Of a stretch of DNA of 64,000 bases, positions 12,894 through 25,252 are shown piece by piece. The stretch's first letter is position 1. Every line of letters starts with the position of its first letter. The notes under the pieces were generated by a model, which had not been told where the DNA came from, ran no database searches, and saw only the letters and a program-made list of their open reading frames with translations. The DNA comes from Raja brachyura (taxonomy: Eukaryota): positions 38,068,001-38,132,000 of the forward strand of contig OY740790.1 in the NCBI GenBank assembly GCA_963514005.1. The letters are read 5' to 3'. Made by a program: the position numbers and the translations under genes.

Positions 12894-12988
12894 GTTACAC
12901 AAAAAGCTGGAGAAACTCAGCGGGTGCAGCAGCATCTAAGGAGTGAAGGAGATAGGCGACGTTTCGGGTCGAGACCCTTCTTCAGACC
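12894..12988 (-). mobile_element. Short Penelope-derived hammerhead-bearing element (young), 14-bp TSD
   Basis: Near-identical to 519-613. TSD cttaaaaatcatga (12880-12893) / cttagaaatcatga (12989-13002). Confidence 0.9.
12956..12987 (-). ncRNA. Minimal type I hammerhead ribozyme motif
   Basis: Reverse complement GU-CUGAAGA-A-GGGUCUCGACCC-GAAAC-GUC-GC with an intact core. Confidence 0.65.
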
Positions 12989-14589
12989 CTTAGAAATCAT
13001 GACTCTGGCTCCAACACCACCTCAGGCAGTTTGTTCCAATCGCCCTCTGAGTGAAGAACTTCTTCCTCAGTTCTCTAATCGCTTATTTAGATACCTATGA
13101 AATGGGGAAATAGTTGTGCAGTGTATCCTACGTATGCCATTCATCTCAGCCTCATCCATTCTAAAGGAAGCAAACCTGGCTGACCAATTCTCTCCTCAAA
13201 ACTGCAACACTCCATCCCAGGCAATGTACTGGTGAATTATACCCTTCCTGTGGCATAGTGACGAGCATGCACACAATATCCAGATGTAGCCTAATTAATA
13301 TTTTCTAAAGTTGTGCCATAACCTACTCTTGTTCTGTGCCATGGCAAGTTTAGTGTATATCTTTACCACTTTATCCACCTACAAGGATTGTAACATCAAG
13401 ATCCCTCTGTTCTTCAATATTAATGCCCTGCCATTCATTGTGTATGTCCTTGCAATAGTTCTTCTGAAATGTATCATCTCACACTTAAAATGATGAAAAA
13501 ATCCCATCTGCCCATCATTCCATCTGATCAATAAGGTCCTTTAGCCTGACATCATCCTTTTCACCAACAATTTTTGTATTTCATGGAGCTGTTGGTAGTT
13601 GTGCTCATTTTGTGTGTCCAAGGCTTAAAAGAACAAGATTGTATATTTTTTTTAAAAGCTTCAAAATTTGCCTTGAAAAAAAGGAAATTTAAAACACTGT
13701 CTTTATGCATCTTGTTACCTTGTGCTAATAGATTAGCTGTTAAAAGATTAGTTATGTTTTAAAAATAGAGAAGCAATTCCACAAGGGTTCCAAATGAACT
13801 CTGCATTCTCTGTTTTTTGACTGACATCTTGTAAACTAATAACCTGGTTTGTAATCTGTTTGGCTATTGCGTGATAACACCAGTCAGGGAGAAAGTAATC
13901 TGCTGGTCATTAATTCATTCGGAAAGAATGACAGCATTTTATGGATACTAATTGTTGATCATCAAGGGCTCATAGTTCGCTGCTTATCTTGTAAGTGAAA
14001 ACTATCAAAACTTGGCACGGTTTGTGTCTGTACTCAATTCTGTTTTACAAATTGTATGACAAATGGCAGCATGTGTGGATGGATATGCGAGTCAAAGAGA
14101 AAGTTGGCAATGTGGCACAGCTGATAGTGCGCACCTCTATGCTATTACTTGCATGTTATCCAGAACCAACTACTTTATTGTAATGGGATAGAAGGAGAAA
14201 ACCAAGTTGCTGGTGTTATGAGGTGAGATGCTATAGTAGGTTTTCCAACCCAATTTCTACTTTTGTTGTATGTTACTGGTGAAGCAAGGGAAACCAACTC
14301 TGGGCTTATGGATTATATATATCCAAAAAGCAGAGCCTTTGATGAGGGTCTGTATTACAATGTTGAAAGATGATTCAATATAAATTAGGACAAAGACTGC
14401 ATTAGATTATGCTTAATTATACATCTTAGAAAACATAATTTCTCCTAGATATCTCTATCTGAATATATGATATTTACAATATTTATTTCACTGTTGCAGT
14501 CTTTTTATGCACTATAACTTTGCCTGCATTACTAGGTCTGGCATTAATTAACGTCTTCTTTGACGCAATGTTTGCAGTCTCAAAATATT

Positions 14590-15000
14590 TGCCCAAAATA
14601 TTCAACACGTTTTTTTGCAAATTGCTTCATCATCTGCAATTTGCGAAATGCAGCTGTTATCTATACTTTGTAGAAGATATCCATGACAAGCAATATCTTC
14701 CAACTATTTTCTCTTTTGGACAAGATAAGGATCTGATATGCAGTTTGCTCCTTTGCCCAGCTTCTTCCCTGTTCATATCCCACTATACATCAGTATTCAA
14801 TGCATCAATTTTCTAGTTTTGTTTTTCCAGTGCATGCATGCAGATGCAGTGCTACTTTGACTGCGATGGCATTTAGTCTCCCCCATTTCTCACAAAGGAA
14901 TTGATATAAAGCTGCACACAACAGGAGGATCCAGGTTGACATAAATACTTGATGTGAATATCCTGCTCGTCTTCCTCTGGGGGAAAGTGAGTGGACCTCA
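14590..15000 (-). pseudogene. Possible highly degenerate PIF/Harbinger transposase N-terminal half
   Basis: Frames give RRAGYSHQVF..LLLCAAL..RLNAIAVKVALHLHACTG and GYLLQSIDNSCI..DDEAICKK. These loosely resemble Harbinger ..AVKV..AL.F.ATG and G.IDCTH..NRK motifs. Confidence 0.25.
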
Positions 15001-17011
15001 CGTGATAGGCTGGTGATTTCAGTGCCAGCTCTTGTCCAGGCTGATTCGGAGTAAGAATTGAGTGCAGTGGGATGGATACCATCAGAGTCGGTATATTGTG
15101 ACTGACATTGAATGGGATGCTTGATGCTGTTTGAGTTTTGTTCCACTTTCACTAAAAATGGGTCAGTAAAGGGGTTAAATACAATTAAGTTTGACACTCG
15201 ATCGGAATAGAATTTTTAATTCTAATATCCCAGAATACCACACTAACTACCAGCACTTATCCAAAGCAAAACACATCACTCATGCTATCCATTACTGTGC
15301 TATAATTATGTTAAGTGAAGCAGAACAGAATCGATACAGTAATTTATCAGTTTCCTGACTGAATATTCTAACATGTGATATAGATTTTAGGTACAGTTGA
15401 TTCCCTCTAAGTGATTAACCTTTTTGCCATAAATTTTTATTCACTGCTGGGACTTTTCTCTTAATAACACTCTTCCCTCTGTTCTGGCGTGGGGCATCAA
15501 ATCCTAATTTTATAAAGAATACTCTTACAATAAATTTAATTTGCAATATTCTGAAAAGAGTACGAAATGCAGCAGAAAACAACCCAGAATGTGGCAGAGA
15601 GTAAACACTGTACTTTGAACAAACTAAGAGTGTGTTTTATTTGTCATATGAGCTCACAAATAATATTCATTGCATATGAAATAAATGTATTTTATATCAA
15701 AATACTGGCTACCACGTTTTATGATGATGATTTATTTTGTACGTTTTTTTAATAAATTTTAGTATTTTGCATTCCGGGTTGCTTATCTTATGGTTTTGTA
15801 CTTTTAACTTTAGCAATTGGAAATTACTGCCATTATATTTAATTGATGTGAAGAACCCTCAGGAAATAGCGATATGCACTTCCACGTGTAGAAATTTGAA
15901 CAGGTTTGCCTGTTGCGTCTTATTCTAAAATGTGAGATCTAGAACAATATGTTTCTCTGCAACTGAAATATTTTATGTATGCATTTCTAGTACGATATGA
16001 GCTTCAGGAGGACGGAATGTGTGTGTGTAACACAAGTTCTTACATCAAAGTATGATCTGATTATTTTGCTGGAAAATAATTTTCTTTTGTAGAGGGCTTT
16101 TTGCTGCATTGAGTTGCTACCAATTTCCAGCAGAACCATCTTGTACGTTAGCACTTTATGAGAGAGGGAGGAGGACAGCTCTAAATATATACATATTGAT
16201 TTTCTGAAGGAATTCTCCTTTTCATATATCAGAGGTTCAATGTTTACCTGTATTACTCCACAGGACAGCATGGTGGAATAATCTTATGACATGGCCTCCA
16301 TAGATCTGAATGGTTGTATGGTCGGACAGAATGCCTTTTTGACGATAGCAGTTTGATTGAGGAATTACTCTACTTTTAAAAGAGCTAAAATTGGTGACTA
16401 AACAATACAGCAAACTTTTTTTTTGCAATGTGCTGGTTAACCATAAAATTGCATCTTACATCTCATCTCATAAAGGTTGATGTGCCAAATACAGATTTTC
16501 TGTTTCCTGGTTTGATGCATTTTTGTTACCATTGTGGTCTTTACTGAGAATGGAACCAAATATTTATTCGTAGTGGTGCCATTGCATATTAACCATTGCT
16601 TTGGTCTGTTTACAATCATCTTAGTTCAGCATTTCATGGTTTAAGGTTTTAACAAAAAAAAGTAGCAAGGCATGGAAAAGAAAAATATTTAACTATTTTG
16701 TTTGGCAACTAGAATTAGAACTCTGCTTTAGCTGCTGAGTTGGTTATGTGCTGATTTTGTTGGCCGATTATATTATGGAAATATCGATGAATGATTACTG
16801 AAATGGGAATTCTGTTCGCTCTTGTAATCTGAACGGTATAGTGCGTGGTTGGGCTTTCATGATCAAGTAAACTTGAATTTATGTGCAGCCGGAAAAAAAC
16901 AGTTCCTACCTATATTACCTACACTTGTTTAATTTGGACTAAGTTGGTTTCTTACCTGCTGTTCACTTTAGGTCTGATGGCGTGAACTGTGGCAGTGCCA
17001 GAGAAATTCTC

Positions 17012-17640
17012 AAAATGGTTGCCAAGCTGTAAAATGGCTGCCAAGGGCAAAGCTGAGCGCAGGTTCAATAATGTAATGTCTGCGTTTTCAGGCTTTCGTC
17101 TTTAGTTTTTAAAACAGAATGTGGCTGGATTTGGCAGCTGCTCCTTGGCACAGATAGCAATAATGTCATCCAGCAATTCAGGCAGTAAATACACAATTCA
17201 CTTGCTGTATTTGGCAGGCTTATGTACAGAGCACAATAGTGAGGGAAGCAAAACAGTTGTAACATGGCTGCCATATAAAGGCCTTTGTCTGCATAAATCA
17301 TTAAAAAATAAAATTTCTAATTTTACTTAAAAATTAGGATGTTGAGTGAAAGTTGGCTTTGATATCCATAATCCTCAAGCCCAAACACACACAAAAAAAT
17401 GAAAAGCCTTGTAGTTTGAGTCAGGCTTCATGAATACTTAAGATGGCGTCTGCTGCTACCTAAAATGGTTGATATGAAGCCACGTCAGGATAGCATGTGT
17501 TGTAGTGCAAAGTGTTTTGCGCAGCCGTAGTTTACTTCAAATTTAAAGTCTGTTTTATTTCATTGCTACGGTGTGGAAATACAGACTCCGACTTCAGCTG
17601 TTTTGTTTGTTGGCACGTCATTAGCAACTGGTAAATATTA
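17012..17640 (+). promoter_or_regulatory. Candidate cis-regulatory cluster (YY1-like, CRE-like, RFX/FOX-like motifs)
   Basis: aaaatggctg 17031, aacatggctg 17261, aagatggcg 17440, gccacgtca 17479, tggcacgtca-ttagcaac-gtaaata 17611-17637. Lies in a TE-poor region. Confidence 0.35.
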
Positions 17641-20029
17641 ACAGAAAAATAAATTGACAAGCTGCGATATCTGAGCCAACATCTATTTTTGTGTCAGAGG
17701 AAACTAATGAAATGTGAGTGAATTAAATCTGGATTAGGATTTTAGCATAGTGTAAATGCCAGAGATAGTGTCCAACTTCACAGTAAATTGGCGACGGCAT
17801 AGAGGGGATCCCCCTGTCTGTGTAGCACGCAACCTGAACTTGGACACTGTGTTCAGATCTTGGATGTGTGCAGCGAGGAGCTTCTGCTGGTCTGTCTGGC
17901 ACCTGCCCCAGAATAGAAAAAGGTGTTTGTATGTCAGTAAAACAGAAATTGGGAGGGCAGGGAGCAGCTTTTTATCTTGAATGAAAACTGGATCAAGTTC
18001 AGGTTGTGCAGTGCAAACACAGTATTTCCGTGACTGAGGAGTTGGCCGTGAAGATGGGTTTTTTGGATTATAGTGGCACTTGGCAAGGAGTTGATCTTTT
18101 CAAGATACTGGATGCGTATACACAAAGTTGCTTGCCAGAGGATGGCTTGTGTTGTATTGAACCTTGCCAAATGGAGCACAGCTTGGAAGAGAAATGAAAA
18201 ATAGGGCAGTTCATTAGAGGTTAGCTCGCTGATTCATCTTATCAGTTGATCAGTCAGGGTCATAATAAATAAAAGAGACACTTTCTGTTTCTTGGCTTGC
18301 TTATTTTTATATTTCAAAATCTCTGCAGTGCAGTCTGAGAATTATTCTGTGGACTAAGATGTTCCAAAATTACTACTGAGAAATGCGTTTAAAAAAGCAT
18401 GTAAATGGCGATACAGCAAAGGTATCTCCCAGTATAAAGTTGATAAATTGGACATAAGTTTGAACATACCAAAGGTCCTTTGACAATTTAAGTAAAATTT
18501 GACAAATACTGTTTTAAACAGATTAACACCAATTGCCTGTAGTTGAAATAATGAAAGCATAGAAATACAATAACAGGAAAAAAAAGCAGGGAAACTGCAG
18601 AAAGAAAAGTTATAAGAAAATATTAGATTGGCCCGAATTAAAGGCATATATTTCTATAAACACAAGAATGAAATGAATCTGTTCAAAAAATCTGGTAAGT
18701 GTAAAGGTCTTCCATTACAATGCAGAAACGATTGTTCATAAAATTTGGATTTAATTAACATAGGATATTCATATTTAAGATAGTGAATTTGCATAGTTAA
18801 CGCCCTTCAAATGTGGAACCTAACTATGACACATGAACATATTTGAGTTGCTTTTATGCCAGACCATGTGCATTTCTGTGCACATGCTCTTCAAAGCTAC
18901 CACATAAACACCTGACATCTATCACCAATGATGTAATGTCTTCTATATTTGTGCACAGATGAGTCAGCTTCTTCAATTTCTCTTGAGATAACTCTGTCAA
19001 TAATCGTTTTTAGAAGAACAAGAGCTTACTATTAACATTGCAGTCACGGCAAAATCAGCATCCAAAGGCATACTACTTTTAAAGCATGAGTTCATTTTAT
19101 TTCAGTGGATAATGGAGAGATTGATGGCTGAACAAGGTACTGTTTAAGAACATAAGCCCAGAGAGAGGCACTATCAGAAGGAGTTTGGTGTACCTGGTAC
19201 TCGATTTATGGAGAATTCAAATGAGTTAGAGATTGAAGATCAGCAGCAATTGATCCTTTGTGATGTGTTTAATGTATCTGCAACCTACAACAAATTGGGA
19301 AACCTGTCCAGAATGGAACAGTTGAAGCAGAAGAGAGAAAAGAGGAAACATATTATAGCAAATATACGGATTCAGTAATCAGTGGCCTCTTGACAGATCC
19401 CCTAATTACTTGAATTTGGGAAAATTGAGAGTCATATAAACTACTTTCCCTACCTGGTGGTGGGGTGTTCCAATTTACTTCAAATAATATTGGAGGTAAG
19501 GATCAACTTGCTGAATTTTATTTTGAACACTGTAGGTGAGGTTTAATGGTTTGGTAGGTGGAAGGAACTGAATTGAATAATTGATTCTCAAAGATTTTCA
19601 TTTCTGGATTATTACCTCTTCAAGATTGTGGAGGAAAACATGTGCCTGAAAGAGTGGTGAAAATGACAGATTGTTTTTCCAGGGATGCTTGCACAAGAGC
19701 TCGGAATTTAAAAGGGTTAACAGAGTAACTGCAATTGAGACTTGCCGCAGAGGAGTACAATATAGTAGTTTATCACACCAACTGGAAAGATAAGAGAAAT
19801 AGTAGAGAAAGAGTAATAGTCAGTAAATTGAGATGAAATGACATGAGAGATAATTAAAAAAGTGGTAAACAGGTAGGAAGCTTCTTGGGACATATTAAGA
19901 ATTATAATACTGAAGCTTACATTCGGGATTGTGTACACCCACCTCCCCCTCCCCCCGGTAGAAGCTGATAAATGGTTGGATATATCAATGCAAATATTAG
20001 ACAAGCAGGCACCAACAAAAATTCTCACT

Positions 20030-22500
20030 ATCAACACTATCTATGCCTCTTATAATTTAAAATTATAATTTATAACTCCATCAGGTCACCTCTTGGCTTC
20101 CTTCCTTCCAGGAAAACAAACCCAGTTTATTTCAATCCCTACACTATAGCTAAGGTCCTCCATTCCAGGCAATATCCTGGTGAATGTCCTTTGCCCTCTC
20201 TTCAATACGTCCACGTCCTTCCTCTAGGTTGGCAAACATATATGTGCATAATGCTCCGTTCAGTCTAATAAGTGTTTTGTAAAAATGCAACATAATGTCC
20301 CAACTTATATTCTATGTTCTGAGCTGTGAAGCCAAACAACCCATATGTCATTATCACTAATCTATCCAACAGTGTTGCCACTTTTTGGGAAGCATGGACT
20401 TGAATCCCAAGATCCTTCCGTCCATCAACATACCTTGGTGTCCCACCATTTAGTGTACTCAGATATGACTTCCCAAAATGCATCACCTTGCACTTGTTGG
20501 GATTAAATGTCATCTGCCAGTGTTCAGCCCAGTTTTCCATCTGTATCTTGCTGTAGCAGTGCACAACCTTCCTTTCTTTCTACAATATCACCAATTTATG
20601 AATTGTACTCCTGCATTCATCTCCAAGTTGTTGACGTATAACAAAAACATTAAAGATCTCGACAGAGATCCCCTGCGCGAAACCTCTGGTCGTAGCCTCC
20701 AATCCAAAAAGCTTCCTTCCACCATTACCCTCTAGCATCAAGCCAAACTTGGACCTAATGATCCTTAATATTCTGGATCAACCTACTATACTCCAGTCTT
20801 AGGCCCCCTTCGGTCAAGGCTGACCATGGGTGTCTCCAGGGTGCTATTCCCTATATGGAGGATGCTTGTGCATGACTGTTTAACATGGTAAGACTGGTGA
20901 ACAGACAGCCACAGACAAATCTGGGTCAAGATCCAGTGGCATAGAGTCCAAGACGACCAGAGACCCTTTTATGCTGCAGCCTTCATCCGCCTTCCCAGCC
21001 GTTGTTATGCTTCACTAAGGTTAGCCATCATCCTCCGCCTGTTTCACCGTTGAAGTCTTGGTAGGATTGCTCTTTGTCTGAGACCTCCCCCTCGACCGTA
21101 CTGCCATGGGTGGCCCTACCAGGAGCATAGCTCCAGACGGCCCCACTCAGGGTCTCAGCTCCACACAAGCTTCTCCACCACGACAAGGTGACAACCTACT
21201 AGACAATATCAAATGTTTACTAAATTCCATACAGAGTATGTCACCCTCTCTGGCTTCATAATCTTCTTGTTACCTCCTCAAAAAAAGATAATTAAATTTC
21301 TGAGGCTGGATTTCCCATACAGAATGTCATGCTGAATATCCATGAACTGCCCTTGCCTTTCCAAATGTACATATATCTTGTTCCTTATAATTTTATTGAA
21401 TAATGTTCCTACCATTGATGCAAGGCACATTGGCCTGTAGCTACCTATCTTATCTCTGCTGCTTTTCTGAAGTAAAGGGACAATATTAACTATCCTGCAG
21501 TCTTCTGGCACATTACTTGTGGCAAACAAAGGGGCAAACATATCTGTGAGGCCTATCCTATGGCATATTGGGATACATCTCATCCTTTCCTGTCGATTTG
21601 TCAACACTTAGGCATTTCCTACTGCCAAACACCTCCTCCTTAATACTGAGCTGTTCCAGGTTACCCAGATAACCCTCGCTGAACTCACTATCTCCCATGT
21701 CATTTTCCTTTGTGAATGCAGATGATAAGTATTCATTCAGGACTAGTCCACATTAACTGGTTCAACAAATAGATATCCCTTTGATGCTCATTATTTTTTC
21801 CCTGGCTACGTCTTATTCCAATATATTTGTAGAATATCTTGGGATTTTCCTTAATCTTAATTTCTTTCTTAACTTCTCTCTTGCACTATATTCCATGAGA
21901 CTCTTGATTCCTGTTGTCTACACCTGACATATGTTTCTATTTTTTTCCCTGATCAAACTTTCAATAGCCTTTATCATTCAAGGTTCCCTAATCTTGCCAA
22001 CTTTGCCTTTCAACCATACTGGAACATTCTGGCACAGAAATCTTTTTTACTCTCTTTTAAAAGACTATCACTTGTCAGCTGTCATTTTTGACTAAACATC
22101 TGTTCTCAATCTATTTTCACCAGGTCTCTCTTTTTTTATTTGAATGAGCCTTTCCCTGTTCAAGATTTTAACTTGAGGACCATCCTTTTCCTTTTCTATA
22201 ACTACCTTGAACTTTACAGAACTATATTCACTGTTCCTGATGCGTTCCCTCACCAAGACTCTCACCATTTGTTTGGTCTAATTTACTAAGGCTAGTACTG
22301 CTCTGTTTCCAGTAGGACTCTACACATTGTTTCATTAAACCTCCTTGAATACATTGAACAAGTTCTGCCCCATCTTGGCACTAAGGCAGTCCCTGTCACT
22401 AAAAACCCTTTTGGTCTTGCACCTTCATCTTTCTGTGATTTAATCTTGTTTCCTCTCATTCCCGCTGACTATTGGGAGGCTGAGATTGGTCACCACTCTC
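20030..22500 (-). mobile_element. Long degenerate CR1 LINE ORF2
   Basis: ORFs 20265-20564 (WAEHWQMTFNPNKCKVMHFG) and 21278-21607 (VPEDCRIVNIVPLLQKSSRDKIGSYRP..L.SMVG) are CR1 ORF2 motifs with frameshifts. Confidence 0.88.
20792..21191 (-). mobile_element. RTE-derived short internally deleted element with 13-bp TSD
   Basis: Reverse complement begins tcaccttgtcgtggtggagaagcttgtg..gagctatgctcctggtagggccacccatggc, resembling an RTE 5' UTR. No ORF. TSD caacctactatac (20779-20791) / caacctactagac (21192-21204). Confidence 0.75.
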
Positions 22501-22969
22501 TTATTCTTTTGACCTCATTGGATAATTGTAGCCCCCACTCCCTTCCCTCCCCAGAATATTCTTGCTTGAATTTGCTCTGAATATTTTTCCACAACAGTAT
22601 GTTCTGGAACCATGAGATGGGATGAGACTTGAAAAGGAAAGAGTCAGATTTAGTTAGCAACATAATGCTGAGCAAATATTTATCTAAGTAGGGTCAAGAA
22701 CAATGTGGACTCATTGGAAACGGAAAATGTGAATATTACAAGCGAAAATAATGAAATAAATGTTGAATAATTAATTTGTGTTGGTATTTAAACTGGATGA
22801 ACAATGATGAACACTGGATGAGGCGAACTTGGATTATGGATGAAATTTCATCAAATGAATGTGTCAAATAGTGAAGGAAATTGCAACATCAAAGCAACAT
22901 TTTTTAGCATACTCGTAGAGAGATACTGAAAAGTTATAGGTCCTTTGTCCCACTGTTCATGTTGTCCTT

Positions 22970-23110
22970 CAAGCACCAATTTTTACACTAATCATATCTT
23001 AGCCCATTTTATTTCTTTTATATTCCCATAAACTCCCTGCTCGATTCTACCACCTATCTACATATTAGGGCCAACTTAAAGTAGCTAATTAACCTACTGC
23101 ATATTTTGGA
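22970..23110 (-). mobile_element. Old HE1/V-SINE-related fragment
   Basis: ttctaccacctatctacatattagggccaactta..aattaacctac resembles the SINE 3' part. Confidence 0.45.
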
Positions 23111-23149
23111 GCAGTTAGCTTAACGATTATAGTTGATAAATTATGATTA

Positions 23150-24000
23150 TTAAGCATAGAGTGACTTAAAACTTTTGGGTGATCATAAAGAACCAGATGG
23201 ATATGTAAAATTAAGGTCTTGCTTGACAAGCCTACTTGAATATTTGGTACGCATGTAATAAAAGTAATGGATAGGGCAATGACTTGGACTTTCAGAATGT
23301 TCTAACATCTTAAAGGAAACCATTAGCTGCATTGGACGTTCACTATGTTTAATGCAAATTGTTGACATATCCAGGAAATTAGCTGTGCAGCAGAAAACGT
23401 GAGTGCAGAAATAATGGCAGTATGTGACTAGTGGTCTTTAGCAAGATGCTGGGGTCTCAATTATTTATTAGCAATTTTGATTGCAGTGTAGAATGGCAAA
23501 TATAGAATGATATAAAGATGGGTGATATTATTAATGAAGCATAACATTACAAATAGTCATTTCTAGATTGGATGATTGAACAGGACTGTGGCAAATAACG
23601 CCCTTGTGGGGAAACATGTGGCCATCATCCACATAAAATTGAACAGAGGACTTTGTTTAAGAATGTAAAGTTAAGATCAACGGAGGTTCAAAATAATTCA
23701 CTGGTCCATTAGTGTGGCTTACTAAAATGGCAGCAGCAGGAAAAGTAAACAGACTGTATCTTCTCTAACCGATGGCTGAGAATCCATGAAGTGAAATTAT
23801 GCATAAACCATTGCAAAGCCCTGGTATCTATGGAATAATGTGACTGGTTCCAACCTGCAACATAGGAGAAAGGATATATTAGCCTTTGTGGTAGTGTACA
23901 TGTATACATTTATCAGCATGATATCTTGACTGCTAAGAGTTATTACAAGAAATTGCATAAACCAGGATTGTGTTTTCTGGAATTTTAAACGTTGAGAAGC
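23150..24000 (+). mobile_element. Very old CR1 ORF2 remnant
   Basis: Degenerate cttggactttcagaatg (LDFQ), gatgatataaagatgggt (DDTK-like) and tgcaaagccctggt motifs in CR1 order. Confidence 0.5.
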
Positions 24001-24114
24001 AATTTGTTTTTAGCATTCAAAATGTTTGGTTTCTTGAATATTTAATAATTATAAATATTGACAATATTGGTTGCAATGTGAGAGTTGAATGTCATTTAAA
24101 AACTTGCAGCTTAC

Positions 24115-24434
24115 GGGCGGCACCGGGGTGCAGTGGTAGAGTTGCTGATTTACAGCGCTTGCAGCGCCGGAAACCCGGGTTTGATCCTGACTATGGGTGC
24201 TGTCTGTATGGAGTTTGTATAGTCTCCCTGTGACCGCCTATATTTTCTCCGAGATCTTCGGTTTCCTCCCACACTCCAACGACGTACAGGTTTGCAGATT
24301 AATTGGCATGGCATAAATGTAAATTGTCCCTCGTGTGTTTAGGATAGAGTTAATGTGCAGGGGTCGCTGGTTGGTGCAGATTCGGTGAGCCGAACGGCCT
24401 GTTTCCGCGCTGTATTTCTAAAACTAGAAACTAA
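24115..24434 (+). mobile_element. Full-length HE1-like tRNA-derived V-SINE
   Basis: gggcggcac..cagtggtagag (A box) and gggtttgatcc (B box), then ggtttcctcccacactcc, 3' gccgaacggcctgtttccgcgctgta and a ctaaa tail. Confidence 0.93.
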
Positions 24435-25170
24435 GACATAATCCCATGCAAAAGCCTAAAAAGGATGAAGCATTGCATTTAGATGAGAGTGGCAGTGAAC
24501 TGGAGATTTACTGTACTGCAGAAGTGAAAATAATTATGTGATGTCTGGTTCTTTCCAAGCTGGATGAAGGAAGTGCAGATTTCTGAGATGCTGTGAGTGG
24601 ATTTGACTGGACAAGTCTCCTCTTTGTCTCCTCTTACCCTGGTGTTAAAATACACAATTATTTTTAATTTTAACTTTTTTTATTTAATTTATTTCAACAA
24701 CCTATTTTTACGTGCAGGGCAGGATAGTTGTGAGAAAATTTGAAGCCACATTTTCATGGCTTTACAGTATCCTATGTTTGAGGCCTTATAAAGGGATTGT
24801 GTCTCTCGGAAGATACATTATCCTTCTATCCTTTGTGTGAACCTTTACAGCTCATTTCAAAACAAATCAGAGTTCTCTGAATTTATTCAGTGCCTCAAAA
24901 GTGTTCCTTTTAATTCTTGGTGGTAAAATTTTGACAGGAAAAATAAACAAAGAATCTAATTAAACAGAGAAAGATGTATTAATGTCACAGATACATAGAG
25001 AAGAATATTAAATCAGTGGTAAGCTGTCTAATGCACATAGGATTTGAAATGCTCTCATTATATCAGTTATTTTTAATAGCCGCAGTCATTTGTACTTTCT
25101 TATAGACTTTTAGAATGTAGTTTACTGTCTCAGTAATTTAGTTTGGAAAACAACTTAAATAGTTCATATG

Positions 25171-25252
25171 TGTTAGATAGAACTGCAGATGCTGGTTTAA
25201 ATCGAAGGTAGACACAAAATGCTGCAGCATCCCTGGAGAGAAGGAATGGGGT
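25171..25252 (-). mobile_element. Truncated Penelope-derived short element with exact 19-bp TSD
   Basis: aacttaaatagttcatatg at 25152-25170 and 25253-25271 flanks aactgcagatgctggttt..gacacaaaatgctgcagcatccctggagagaaggaatggg. Confidence 0.85.

Larger units (their letters stand above)
12800..13570 (-). mobile_element. Old CR1 LINE 3'/RT region
   Basis: ttggtccacagcc, caccacctcaggcag..ttcca..ccctctgagtgaagaacttc, ccatcccaggcaa, aaatgtatcatctcacactt. Confidence 0.75.

Noticed and set aside
15160-15178. piggyBac-like end (aaaggggttaa)
   Set aside because: No matching second TIR with TTAA was found.
24115-24195. tRNA-like sequence with A and B boxes
   Set aside because: It is the head of an HE1-like SINE, continuous with the SINE body, and not a tRNA gene. 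The same applies to the other copies.
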